In this document: positions 19,405 through 29,842 of the stretch, in pieces
How the letters are laid out: each line of letters starts with the position of its first letter
Numbering within the stretch: the first letter of the stretch is position 1
NCBI GenBank assembly: GCA_965660855.1
Contig: CBFIBM010000001.1
Span: forward strand, 1-64,000
Length of the DNA stretch: 64,000 bases
Origin: an uncultured bacterium
GTDB taxonomy: Bacteria; Fidelibacterota; Marinisomatia; Marinisomatales; UBA1611
Reading direction: 5' to 3'
Position numbers and translations under genes: made by a program
The notes under the pieces: generated by a model
Told to the model about the DNA's origin: nothing
The model's database searches: none
Seen by the model: only the letters and a program-made list of their open reading frames with translations

Positions 19405-20396
19405 TAGTTTTAGGAATTGAAACATCATGTGATGAAACAGCTGCTGCTATTTGTAATAATGGTAAAATAATTTCAAATATTATTAGCCAACAAGTGATAC
19501 ATGAAAAATTTGGTGGTGTTGTGCCGGAAATTGCCTCAAGAGAACATGATCTTTTATTAAATCAAGTAGTTGATAGAGCAATTAAAAAAGCAAAGATTAG
19601 AATATCGGATCTTGATGCAGTAGGTGTAACGCAAGGCCCTGGACTCAGCGGTACTTTATTAACGGGTATTAGTTTTGCAAAGGGGTTGGCTTTAGGTCTT
19701 GGAATCCAAATTATTCCAATAAATCATCTCGAAGGACATATTTTTGCAAATTTTTTAGCTCAGCCAGATTTAGAATACCCATTTTTATGCTTACTTGTTT
19801 CTGGTGGGCATACTCAGATTTGGCAGATAAAGAATATTAATGATTACACATTACTGGGTGAGACTAGAGACGATGCTGCAGGAGAAGCATTTGATAAAGG
19901 TGCACGTATTTTGGGGCTAGGCTATCCTGGAGGTCCTAAAATTGAGAAAAAAGCTAAGGAAGGGAATCCTTATAAAATAGATTTCCCTAGAATATTACTT
20001 GATAAAGAAAGTCTTGATTTTAGTTTTAGCGGATTAAAAACATCTCTATTATATTATTTTGATAACTTTAAGAAAACTAAAAATATTAATGTATCTGACA
20101 TAGCGGCAAGTTACCAAATGGCTATTATTGAAACTTTAATTGAAAAAGTTAAAAGAGCATTAAAAAAAACAAAATATAAAAGATGTGTTATTGCTGGAGG
20201 TGTTGCAGCGAATTCATTATTAAGGGAAAAAATCCAAGAAGTTAACCCCGGAAAAGATTTTGTTTTTCCAGATTTATCTTTTTGTACTGATAATGCTGCA
20301 ATGATAAGTTTTCTTGCAGAAATTAAATTAAATTCGCAATCTTCTAAATCTTTTTCAAATTTTTCTTTTGGTGCCTTACCAAATCTCAGGTTATGA
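19401..20396 (+). CDS. tsaD: tRNA N6-adenosine threonylcarbamoyltransferase
   Basis: LGIETSCDET, GGVVPEIASR, NHLEGH, VSGGHT, GEAFDK, TDNAAMI. Confidence 0.97.
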   Translation: MIVLGIETSCDETAAAICNNGKIISNIISQQVIHEKFGGVVPEIASREHDLLLNQVVDRAIKKAKIRISDLDAVGVTQGPGLSGTLLTGISFAKGLALGLGIQIIPINHLEGHIFANFLAQPDLEYPFLCLLVSGGHTQIWQIKNINDYTLLGETRDDAAGEAFDKGARILGLGYPGGPKIEKKAKEGNPYKIDFPRILLDKESLDFSFSGLKTSLLYYFDNFKKTKNINVSDIAASYQMAIIETLIEKVKRALKKTKYKRCVIAGGVAANSLLREKIQEVNPGKDFVFPDLSFCTDNAAMISFLAEIKLNSQSSKSFSNFSFGALPNLRL

Positions 20397-20404
20397 GTTA
20401 AAGT

Positions 20405-22495
20405 TTGTCATTAAACTTCGATCATAATATTTATTATATATTCACCTTATTGATACTAATAGTATTATCAATATATGTAGTAAATAAATATAAAATTAAC
20501 AATATTAAAATTATACTCCTCCTTAGGGTATTTTTATTTTTCTCTGTTGTATTTTTACTTTCTAACCCTAAAATAAATAGGACATCAAATAAAGTTAATC
20601 AATTAGAGTGGAATATCTATTTAGATAAGTCACTTAGCATGAACTATCATCAGCAGCCATCCCCCACATCTTATAGGTTAGGAGTGAATACATTTTTAGA
20701 AAAATTAAGTAGAAAAGAAATTGGTATTAATCTTTTTAATTTTGGAAATCAAGTTGAACCAGGCTGGAATTATCTAAATCAAAATTTAGATGATGGATCT
20801 ACAAATTTAGGCGAAGTTATAAGGCATATAAGAGCAAATGATAAAAATATAGCTGGATCTTTAATTATCTCAGATGGTCAGGAGAATTTTGGTAAACAAA
20901 TTTCTGAAGATGATATTGTAGGTCTAAATACTATTCATGTAATTGGTGTTGGAGCAGAGGAATCCTTGGTGGATGTCATGATCAATTCTTTGATTGTACC
21001 ACCAGCATTAATAAAAGGGGAAAAAGCAGAAATTAAAGTAGAAATATCAGCCACTGGGTTTTCGGATGAAAAAATTAATGTTACTCTTCTTTCAAATGAT
21101 AAAATTTTGGGTTCAAAATTGGTAAGTTTATCGGGTTCTGGAAGTAAAAAAGAAGTTAGATTCCTTATTCATCCCTTAGAGATGGGTGAAATAAATTATA
21201 TAATTCAAGCAAGTACTGTTCCTGAAGAAATTAATATTTTAAACAATAAACAATCTTTTTCAATTCAAGTTTTAAAAGATAGTTATAAAATTGCGATGAT
21301 TACAGGTGCGCCCAATTTTAATACAAGAATAATAAAAAATATGATAAATAGTGATGAGAATTTTATATTAGATCACTATGTATACACTTCTGAAAAATAT
21401 TTAAAACCAATCCAGGAATTTTGGGAAACAAAGTATGATTTAATTATTTTTGATAATAACCCAATTGAACAAAATAAAGCAGAATGGGAAAAGTTTTTAC
21501 GAGTTTTTGCAAAAAAAATCCTTTCTCAAAAAACAAGCTTGGCTTTAATTCCTGGTTATGATACAGAAATAGAAACTTTTTCTTTATATATGAGTCTTTT
21601 AGATCTTAAGTTAAAATCTCCATTGATAACTTTAGATGATGAATATATTTGGGATTTAAATGCTAATTGGAGTTCTTTTTTCCCATTTTCAAATGATAAT
21701 TTTAGTTTTCTAAAGAACTTTGATAATCCTCCGTTATATGTAGATATGAAAGTTGATAGTTTAGGCGCTAATGTTTTAGCTGACTTTTCTATTTCAGGTG
21801 TTAAAATCCCTTTAATAGTGACTAAAGAAAAACATCCTCTTAGGGGGTTTTTATTTACCTCTCCTGATTTGAATAAAATTTTTTTTGAAGGAGATGGCTA
21901 TTCTCAACAAGTCAAGAATAATATATTTAATCCAATTTTTTCTTGGTTAATGAAAACTGGGAGTGGTAATGATTTTTTTTTCAGGACAGATAAGAAAATG
22001 TATCAACAAGGAGAACAGATAAAAGTAATAGGTAAATCAATTAATAATAAAAAATTAGATAATAGCATTATTAATATTTTTAGCAATGGGGAAAAAATTA
22101 GTTCAAAACCAATTAATTATAATTCAGAAACAGGTTTATATAATGGAAATTTCTGGGCTTCAAAATCAGGAAATCTCGATTATGAGATTTTATCTATGGC
22201 TAAAGACAAGGCCATTAATATTGCAAATGGTTCTATTATAGTTCAAGATAGTCAAATAGAATTAAATAATGTATATCTTAACAAATATTCTTTAATAAGC
22301 CTAACGAATAATACTGGTGGGACTTTTGCTTCTTGGAAGGATAGGAATAATATAATTGAAAAAATTAATTTAAATTTCAGAAATGACTATTATAAAAATG
22401 TGATTTCTTTAAAAAGTAATAAATTTATACTTATGCTGCTCTTTGGTTTATTGTCGCTTGATTGGGTTTTGAGAAAAAAATTAGGATTATTTTAA
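20405..22495 (+). CDS. Membrane protein with vWA domain and Ig-like regions
   Basis: N-terminal TMs, MIDAS-like DKSLS...T...SDG, C-terminal DWVLRKKLGL; TTG start. Confidence 0.7.
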   Translation: MSLNFDHNIYYIFTLLILIVLSIYVVNKYKINNIKIILLLRVFLFFSVVFLLSNPKINRTSNKVNQLEWNIYLDKSLSMNYHQQPSPTSYRLGVNTFLEKLSRKEIGINLFNFGNQVEPGWNYLNQNLDDGSTNLGEVIRHIRANDKNIAGSLIISDGQENFGKQISEDDIVGLNTIHVIGVGAEESLVDVMINSLIVPPALIKGEKAEIKVEISATGFSDEKINVTLLSNDKILGSKLVSLSGSGSKKEVRFLIHPLEMGEINYIIQASTVPEEINILNNKQSFSIQVLKDSYKIAMITGAPNFNTRIIKNMINSDENFILDHYVYTSEKYLKPIQEFWETKYDLIIFDNNPIEQNKAEWEKFLRVFAKKILSQKTSLALIPGYDTEIETFSLYMSLLDLKLKSPLITLDDEYIWDLNANWSSFFPFSNDNFSFLKNFDNPPLYVDMKVDSLGANVLADFSISGVKIPLIVTKEKHPLRGFLFTSPDLNKIFFEGDGYSQQVKNNIFNPIFSWLMKTGSGNDFFFRTDKKMYQQGEQIKVIGKSINNKKLDNSIINIFSNGEKISSKPINYNSETGLYNGNFWASKSGNLDYEILSMAKDKAINIANGSIIVQDSQIELNNVYLNKYSLISLTNNTGGTFASWKDRNNIIEKINLNFRNDYYKNVISLKSNKFILMLLFGLLSLDWVLRKKLGLF

Positions 22496-22496
22496 T

Positions 22497-23813
22497 ATGA
22501 AAAGAATTACCATTATAGGTACAGGCTATGTAGGATTAGTCACCGGAGCAGGATTATCAGATTTTGGTAATGATGTAACTTGCGTTGACATTTCAAAGGA
22601 GAAGATAAAAGCATTAAAAAATGGTACTATACCAATTTTTGAACCTGGTTTAGATGAATTAGTATCAAGAAATGTTTCAACTGGAAGGTTGAGATTCTCA
22701 TCGAATATAAATAAATCAATTCAAGATACTGAGGTTGTTTTTATAGCTGTTGGCACGCCAGAAAAGCATGATGGACAAGCTGACTTGGATGCAATAAAAT
22801 CTGTTTCTAAAATAATTGGTGAAAATATAACCAACTATTTAATTGTATGTACTAAGAGTACTGTTCCTATAGGAACTTCGAATGTTATAATTAATGAAAT
22901 AAATCATCACAATATTAATGACATTAATTTTGACTACGTATCTAATCCTGAATTTTTAAGAGAAGGATCTGCAGTAAAAGATTTCTTATGGCCTGACAGA
23001 GTAATTATAGGTGCCCAAAATGAAAAAGCCTTTGAAATAATGAGAGACATATATAGACCATTATACGTAAATGAAAAACCAATTATGCATACTAATATTG
23101 AAACAGCTGAAATGATCAAATATTCTTCTAACGCATTTTTAGCACTTAAAATTAGTTATATAAATGAGGTTGCTAATTTATGTGAGAAAGTTGGAGCTGA
23201 TATTCATGAGGTTGCAAGGGGAATGGGACAAGATGGTAGAATTAGCTCTAAATTTTTACATCCTGGTCCTGGTTATGGTGGTTCATGTTTTCCAAAAGAT
23301 ACAAAAGCTTTTTCAATGTTATCAAAAAAGTATAATCTAAAAATGGAAACAGTTGATGCAGCGATAAATGTTAATATCAAACAAAAAAAAAGGATGGTAA
23401 AGAAATTAAAAAAATTATTAAATTTTAATATTAAAGATAAAACTATTGCTATTCTAGGACTTGCATTCAAACCAAATACTGATGATATAAGAGAATCACC
23501 TGCAAAAGATATAATTAATTCAATTTTAGATCATGGTGGATTTATAAATGCATATGACCCTGTTGCAAATGATGCTATGTCTGAAGTATATCCTGAAATT
23601 AATTATTGTGACTCCTGGAGAGATGCATGTGAAAATGCTGATGCTGTTGTTTTAATAACTGAATGGAATGAATTTAGAGGAATAGATTTATATATTTTAA
23701 AACAAATTTTAAGTTCACCATTAATTTTAGATACTAGAAATATTTTTAGTGTTGATAAGTTGAAAAAAAATGGATTTATTTATGACAACGTAGGAAGAAA
23801 CAATATTAAATGA
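22497..23813 (+). CDS. ugd: UDP-glucose/GDP-mannose 6-dehydrogenase
   Basis: GTGYVG, KSTVP, NPEFLREG, GYGGSCFPKD, GLAFKPNTDD. Confidence 0.93.
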   Translation: MKRITIIGTGYVGLVTGAGLSDFGNDVTCVDISKEKIKALKNGTIPIFEPGLDELVSRNVSTGRLRFSSNINKSIQDTEVVFIAVGTPEKHDGQADLDAIKSVSKIIGENITNYLIVCTKSTVPIGTSNVIINEINHHNINDINFDYVSNPEFLREGSAVKDFLWPDRVIIGAQNEKAFEIMRDIYRPLYVNEKPIMHTNIETAEMIKYSSNAFLALKISYINEVANLCEKVGADIHEVARGMGQDGRISSKFLHPGPGYGGSCFPKDTKAFSMLSKKYNLKMETVDAAINVNIKQKKRMVKKLKKLLNFNIKDKTIAILGLAFKPNTDDIRESPAKDIINSILDHGGFINAYDPVANDAMSEVYPEINYCDSWRDACENADAVVLITEWNEFRGIDLYILKQILSSPLILDTRNIFSVDKLKKNGFIYDNVGRNNIK

Positions 23814-24358
23814 AAGTTATAGCCACTAACCTACCAGAGGTCAAAATTATTATTCCTAAAATTTTTAATGATGAAAGAGGACACTTTTTTGAATCATATA
23901 AAGAAAGTAAGTTTAAAGAAATAGGTATCCCTTTTTATTTTCCACAAGATAATCACGTATTTTCAAGGAAGAATGTAATTAGAGGGTTACATTATCAACT
24001 TATAAAACCACAAGGTAAGTTAGTAAGAGCAATTCATGGTGAAATTTTAGATGTTGCTGTAGATATTAGAAGAGGGTCTCCAAATTTTGGAGATCACATA
24101 TCAGTGAGGTTATCTGAAAAAAACAAAAAAATGTTATATGTTCCAGAAGGGTTTGCGCATGGATATAGTGTATTGTCAGAAGAATGTATTGTGAGTTATA
24201 AATGTACGAATATGTATGATATAAAAAATGAACATGGAATAATTTGGAATGACTCGAATTTAGATATAACATGGGAAGTTGATAACCCCATTATTTCATC
24301 CAAGGATTTACATTTACCTGATTTAAATACTCAAAATAAACTTCCAAAATTTTTATGA
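23810..24358 (+). CDS. rfbC: dTDP-4-dehydrorhamnose 3,5-epimerase
   Basis: DERGHF, RGLHYQ, DVAVDIR, PEGFAHG. Confidence 0.95.
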   Translation: MKVIATNLPEVKIIIPKIFNDERGHFFESYKESKFKEIGIPFYFPQDNHVFSRKNVIRGLHYQLIKPQGKLVRAIHGEILDVAVDIRRGSPNFGDHISVRLSEKNKKMLYVPEGFAHGYSVLSEECIVSYKCTNMYDIKNEHGIIWNDSNLDITWEVDNPIISSKDLHLPDLNTQNKLPKFL

Positions 24359-25413
24359 GTAAATGTAATATTTTAATTACTGGAGGCTTTGGATTTATCG
24401 GATCTAATTTTATTAAATATCTTTATGAAAATTTTAAAGAAGCCCATGTAGTAAATCTGGACAGCCTTACTTATGCTGCAAATGAGGAAAACTTAATTGG
24501 CCTTCCTAAATCTTTTCATAATCATATCAATGGAAATATTTGTGATAAAAATATACTTCAAAAACTGTTTAAAAAATTTAATTTTGATTTTGTTATAAAT
24601 TTTGCAGCTGAAAGTCATGTTGATCGTTCAATAGATGATCCATCTAAATTTATCAAGACAAATATTTTTGGAACGTACACACTTTTAGATGAATCTTTAC
24701 AATTTATCAAAAAAAATAAAAATAAAAATTTATTTAAATTTATTCATATTTCAACAGATGAGGTTTATGGATCACTTGGGGAAAATGAATACTTTTACGA
24801 AGATACCGCATATAATCCAAACTCTCCTTATTCTTCTTCAAAGGCAAGCTCAGACCACTTAGTCAGAGCGTGGAATAAAACATACGACTTACCTACAATT
24901 ATTACTAACTGTTCAAATAATTATGGGCCGTATCAATTTCCTGAAAAACTTATACCTTTAATGATAATTAATTGCTTAGGAGAAAAAGAACTTCCAGTTT
25001 ATGGTAATGGTCTAAATATTAGAGATTGGCTTTTTGTTAGAGACCATTGTTCAGCAATTTTTAAAATAATGATCAAAGGTGAAGTTGGAGAAACCTATAA
25101 TATTGGCGGCAATAACGAAATAAAAAACATTGATATTGTTAATATCATTTGCAAAAAATTAGATGAGAAAATTCCACGAAAAAATAATGTTTCATATAAA
25201 GAGTTAATTAAATTTGTGAAAGACAGGCCAGGGCATGATTTTAGGTATGCTATAAATGCTGATAAAATTAAAAATGAGCTAAAGTGGGAGCCTAATGAAT
25301 CTTTTGAAACTGGAATTGAACAAACAATTGATTGGTATTTAGAGAATCAAGAATGGTGGAAAAAAATTCAGGATAATACATATAATCAAAAAAGATTAGG
25401 GGTTATCAGCTAA
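24355..25413 (+). CDS. rfbB: dTDP-glucose 4,6-dehydratase
   Basis: [35 protein letters not shown]. Confidence 0.96.
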   Translation: MSKCNILITGGFGFIGSNFIKYLYENFKEAHVVNLDSLTYAANEENLIGLPKSFHNHINGNICDKNILQKLFKKFNFDFVINFAAESHVDRSIDDPSKFIKTNIFGTYTLLDESLQFIKKNKNKNLFKFIHISTDEVYGSLGENEYFYEDTAYNPNSPYSSSKASSDHLVRAWNKTYDLPTIITNCSNNYGPYQFPEKLIPLMIINCLGEKELPVYGNGLNIRDWLFVRDHCSAIFKIMIKGEVGETYNIGGNNEIKNIDIVNIICKKLDEKIPRKNNVSYKELIKFVKDRPGHDFRYAINADKIKNELKWEPNESFETGIEQTIDWYLENQEWWKKIQDNTYNQKRLGVIS

Positions 25414-26285
25414 TGAAAGGAATTATTTTAGCAGGTGGGAGTGGAACTCGTTTATATCCATCTACACAAGTTGTTTCTAAACAGCTTCTACCTATATATG
25501 ATAAACCTATGATATTTTATCCTCTTTCAACCTTAATGCTTGCAGGTATAAGAGATATATTAATTATATCAACTCCAGAGGATACTAATAGATTTCAGAA
25601 ACTATTATCTGATGGTAGTCAAATAGGAATTAATATTTCTTATAAAATTCAACCTTCACCTGATGGTTTAGCACAAGCATTTATCATTGGAGAAGAGTTT
25701 ATTGGTTCAGATTCAGTTGCATTAATTCTTGGAGATAATTTGTTCTTTGGACATGGATTCTCAAATATGTTGAATCATAGTAAAAATATCGTTCTTCGTG
25801 AAAAAAATGCAGTAATTTTTGGGTATAACGTAAAAGATCCTGAAAGATATGGAGTTGTGGAGTTTAATGAACAGAATGAAGTTGTAAGTCTTAAAGAGAA
25901 ACCGGTCGACCCCGCTTCAAATTATGCAGTAGTAGGGTTGTACTTTTATCCAAATGAAGTAGTCGAAGTAGCTAAATATATTAAGCCTTCAAAAAGAGGA
26001 GAATTAGAAATTACGTCAGTAAACGAAGTTTTTATGAAAAAAAAGAAACTGTCAGTTGAATTAATGGGTAGAGGATATGCATGGCTTGATACTGGTACTC
26101 AAGATTCAATGATTAATGCATCAAATTTTATAAAAACAATTGAAGATAGGCAGGGACTTAAGGTTGGTTGTATTGAAGAGATAGCTTATTTAAATCATTT
26201 TATTGACGACGCTCAAATTCTGAAAATTTCTAAGAAATATAAAAATGAATATGGGAATTATTTAAAATCTATCATTAAAAGATAA
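25413..26285 (+). CDS. rfbA: Glucose-1-phosphate thymidylyltransferase
   Basis: [37 protein letters not shown]. Confidence 0.97.
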   Translation: MKGIILAGGSGTRLYPSTQVVSKQLLPIYDKPMIFYPLSTLMLAGIRDILIISTPEDTNRFQKLLSDGSQIGINISYKIQPSPDGLAQAFIIGEEFIGSDSVALILGDNLFFGHGFSNMLNHSKNIVLREKNAVIFGYNVKDPERYGVVEFNEQNEVVSLKEKPVDPASNYAVVGLYFYPNEVVEVAKYIKPSKRGELEITSVNEVFMKKKKLSVELMGRGYAWLDTGTQDSMINASNFIKTIEDRQGLKVGCIEEIAYLNHFIDDAQILKISKKYKNEYGNYLKSIIKR

Positions 26286-26298
26286 TCTTACAGATTAT

Positions 26299-27642
26299 TT
26301 ATTTTATATTATAAAAAAAACCAATATCAATAGAGTTTTTCTTTAATGATACTCTATCATTATCCTCAAAAACAACGACATTTTTAAAATCTATATTACT
26401 AAATGATATTCTACCTGATAGCTTATTTTTATAATGCTTAACCAAATAAAAGGAACTTATTATTTTTTCTTCTACTATTATAGATTTGTGAAAACGTGGG
26501 AGATGTTTATCTATGTAATTATCTTGAATTGAGGATTTGTCATTTAAGCCACGTTTGATAGTAGTAATATTAAGATTGATTTCTAGATCTTTTAATTTTT
26601 TTTGTGCAAATAATATTAATTCTTGAGAATGAGGACCTGCCCAAAAACCTAGTGGCTTATTATGACTGTAAAAATCATTAACATTAAACTTATGCTTATA
26701 TATTCGCTGATCTGTCCAATTATACTCGAATCCCCATGTAATAAGTTTATTTAAAAATATTTTTGAATTAAACCCTAATTGCCAAGCAAACCAATTATGA
26801 TTTTTAGAATTAAATAACCATTCTGGTGTTAGTTCATCCATAAAAAAAGATAAGTAAATAGCTTTGTTTTTAGTTGGATTAAATCTTAAATCAAAACCCA
26901 TTTGAATGTTATCCGTATCACCTAAATAATTTTCTATGGGGTAAAATGGTATAACTGGAATACTGTAGTTAAGGTCTAATCCTCGAAATGCGTAGATAAC
27001 TGTTTCGTTCAATGCAAATAATAGTTTTTTATTTATTATCCACTCCAGTCTATGACCCGCTATAGACCTTTTTACATTAATAGATCTTCCAAGGTTATTA
27101 TTACTATTGTAGTAATAATTATATGATGAATCAATAATTCCACTCACTAGAAAACCATGAAAATAATATAGTCTTAAATTATCATTAATTTTCCAATCAA
27201 AACCAAGCTGCGGGTAGGAAGGCGCCTTGTTTGAAAGGTGGATGGCATTAACTCCATGCCCCCATTTTCTATCAAATTTTCCAAAATAAATATTGTAATT
27301 ATTCCCATAATATGAAATTTTTGCTTCAGAAAACTCACTCCAATAACCATCAGAGTCTTTAGATTTATCTATGTATGGTAATGATTGTTGATTAGTCAAA
27401 GAATAAAATGAAGTATCTATTCCTTCACCAAGAATTCCAAGCTGTATATATTTTGATGTGATTATAAAATTATTTTTTTCATAGAAGAATTCTAATCCAG
27501 CGCCAAATGTTGTGATTGGTCTATTAGAGGTTATCCAGTCTTTCCCGGATGATGAATATTCACTAAATAAAATAGGTTCAATAAAGTGATTTTTTGAAAA
27601 TAATGAGTTTATGATAAATAAGAATAAAAATTTTATAAACAT
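26299..27642 (-). CDS. Capsule assembly Wzi-like outer-membrane protein
   Basis: GKFDRKWG.G....LSNKAP, GHRL, ETVIY, DN..MG.D and PLG.WAGP motifs; within the polysaccharide locus. Confidence 0.7.
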   Translation of the reverse strand: MFIKFLFLFIINSLFSKNHFIEPILFSEYSSSGKDWITSNRPITTFGAGLEFFYEKNNFIITSKYIQLGILGEGIDTSFYSLTNQQSLPYIDKSKDSDGYWSEFSEAKISYYGNNYNIYFGKFDRKWGHGVNAIHLSNKAPSYPQLGFDWKINDNLRLYYFHGFLVSGIIDSSYNYYYNSNNNLGRSINVKRSIAGHRLEWIINKKLLFALNETVIYAFRGLDLNYSIPVIPFYPIENYLGDTDNIQMGFDLRFNPTKNKAIYLSFFMDELTPEWLFNSKNHNWFAWQLGFNSKIFLNKLITWGFEYNWTDQRIYKHKFNVNDFYSHNKPLGFWAGPHSQELILFAQKKLKDLEINLNITTIKRGLNDKSSIQDNYIDKHLPRFHKSIIVEEKIISSFYLVKHYKNKLSGRISFSNIDFKNVVVFEDNDRVSLKKNSIDIGFFYNIK

Positions 27643-27650
27643 TTATTTAC

Positions 27651-29627
27651 TCACTCACTCCTAGCACCGCGGAATATTATATTATAAAATGCTTTTGAAA
27701 AATATTTTACATCTGTAAGAAAAGGATTCCTTTTCTTTTTTAATAAATATAACTCTTCACTTTTAATAATATCTTCAAAAGAACTTGGCATATCTGCATA
27801 ATAAGGCGGAACTAAACCTGGCTTTGCTTGGATTCTTAATTTTTGAATTTTACTTGGATATAAGCTAAAATAATGTTCACTAAGAGCTCTTACACCAATT
27901 AGTTTTATATCTCCAATTAACCAATTGTATATTTGAGGAATTTCGTCAATGAAATAGGATCTAAAAACTTTTCCCCAAGAGGTTATTCTAAAATCATTTT
28001 TGAATTTTCCCGAATTTCCAAGATCATGTTTATTATAAATATGATCTTGGATAAATTCACTGTAAGGATACATTGTTCTTAATTTATAAACATAGATTCG
28101 CTCACCTTGGTAACCAATTCTTTTTAATTTCACAATTGGTCCGTAAGAAGGATATTGCTCATTGGATATTGTATTAATTTTTCTAGCAATAAAATAAGAG
28201 GTATATCCTATAATTTTTTCTTCAATTACTTCATAGCCACAAAAAGATAATCTTCCTAGAATTTCAGCTTTAGATAAAATTCGATTTTTTCCTCTTGTTA
28301 ATAAAAAGTAAATCTGTTTTGTAAATGCTAGTTTGGGGAATACTCTATAAAAGAAAAAATGAAAAGGTAATAGAATTATGTATAAAAAATGGGGCATTTT
28401 TGATCTTAGATGACTATTCATGCTTTCCAAAGGAATAAAATTTCCAATAAGTAAACCATCATTTTCTAATTTTGAATATACATCTAAGAAATATTCATTA
28501 ATTCTACGAAAATCATTTATCTTATGTAAATTGATAATCAGTTTATTAGAATTATTTATCAAAAACTTTATATTTGAAGAAGTTTCAGTGTTAAATATTG
28601 ATAATTTGCTTTTATCAATTTTTTCAGAATTTATTGATTCCCAAATAAAATCAATTACATCTTTAATATTTTTTCGTTTTATTTGATTTAAACTTTGTTT
28701 GAGATCGCTTCTTAAAAAATCATTTTTATGTTTGCTGACTTTTTTTTGTATTTCAAGTCTCTTTTGACTATCATTCAGATTTTTTACTCGTTCATAATTA
28801 AATTCTTGATTTTCATTTAATTTGCTTCTTTCTGAAAAATATAAAAAGTATGTAATTATTTCAAATGTGGAATGAATAAATAACACACTAACTAATTGTC
28901 TAATAAATATATATTCAATTCTTAAAATAAAATAAGAAAAATTAATAAATAAGAAAGATAGAATAGATGCTTTTATGTATGGAGCAATTTCATAATAATG
29001 ATTTATTGATATTGGTGTTTTATATCTGTTTGTAAGTAGCGTGGAAAGACCCCAAGATAAAATTAATAATAAAAAATTTTGCTCTTGGAATAAGTTATAC
29101 TGAAATGATCCGTTATTAAAATAATTATATAAAATATAGATAACGATTAAAGATATTCCACCTGGAATAAACCATTTTAAATGAAAAACTTTATTACTTA
29201 TAAAATCTCTATTTCTTTTCAAAGAAACTATTTTTATATCTGCGATTTTTATAAAGTATCTAAATATAATTATCAAAATAGACTCAATTAAAGTAACAGA
29301 AAACGTAAATGATAAAATAAATAATCTAGAAATACTCCACATATCTGAAAAAGAAATGGAAATAACAATAAATAAAAGTGACATCGTAGATGACCAAAAT
29401 ATTATTCTTAGAATAATTTGAAATTTATTATCAATTATTAAATTATATTTATCATAATAAAATGAAAATACTACCCATAAAGAGATGCTAATGGGATATA
29501 ATTTTAAGTAAACACCTGAAGGAATAAGAATTTGAAATTTTTGGAAGTGTAATAAAAAGAATATTATATTTAAAATAAATAAATCTATTAAAAGTAAAAT
29601 ATTTTTCAATTTATTCTTTTCAATCAT
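27651..29627 (-). CDS. Polyprenyl-phosphate sugar (phosphoglycosyl) transferase with extended N-terminus
   Basis: C-terminal RIG..G....YKLRTM, DFRIT..G, DEIPQ, GDIKLIG; about 8 N-terminal TMs. Confidence 0.85.
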   Translation of the reverse strand: MIEKNKLKNILLLIDLFILNIIFFLLHFQKFQILIPSGVYLKLYPISISLWVVFSFYYDKYNLIIDNKFQIILRIIFWSSTMSLLFIVISISFSDMWSISRLFILSFTFSVTLIESILIIIFRYFIKIADIKIVSLKRNRDFISNKVFHLKWFIPGGISLIVIYILYNYFNNGSFQYNLFQEQNFLLLILSWGLSTLLTNRYKTPISINHYYEIAPYIKASILSFLFINFSYFILRIEYIFIRQLVSVLFIHSTFEIITYFLYFSERSKLNENQEFNYERVKNLNDSQKRLEIQKKVSKHKNDFLRSDLKQSLNQIKRKNIKDVIDFIWESINSEKIDKSKLSIFNTETSSNIKFLINNSNKLIINLHKINDFRRINEYFLDVYSKLENDGLLIGNFIPLESMNSHLRSKMPHFLYIILLPFHFFFYRVFPKLAFTKQIYFLLTRGKNRILSKAEILGRLSFCGYEVIEEKIIGYTSYFIARKINTISNEQYPSYGPIVKLKRIGYQGERIYVYKLRTMYPYSEFIQDHIYNKHDLGNSGKFKNDFRITSWGKVFRSYFIDEIPQIYNWLIGDIKLIGVRALSEHYFSLYPSKIQKLRIQAKPGLVPPYYADMPSSFEDIIKSEELYLLKKKRNPFLTDVKYFSKAFYNIIFRGARSE

Positions 29628-29842
29628 CTATTTTATCCACCATTTTATATTTGATTGTATTTATTTATTGAACATGAATTTAATTTAAAATGTAAATAAT
29701 TAGGGTGTGATGGACTGCACCATGGATAAGAAGATGTTATATAAAACGTAAGCATTTTTTATTTATTTTTTAAAAAAGTTAACGTTTTATATCAATATAT
29801 TATATTCCAATTGTTATTTAAATTTATGTATTTAAAATAATA

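Noticed and set aside
29703..29740. GGTGTGATGGACTGCACC as a fluoride riboswitch-like motif
   Set aside because: Imperfect match, no downstream UGAUGAC element, and wrong orientation for the flanking minus-strand genes.
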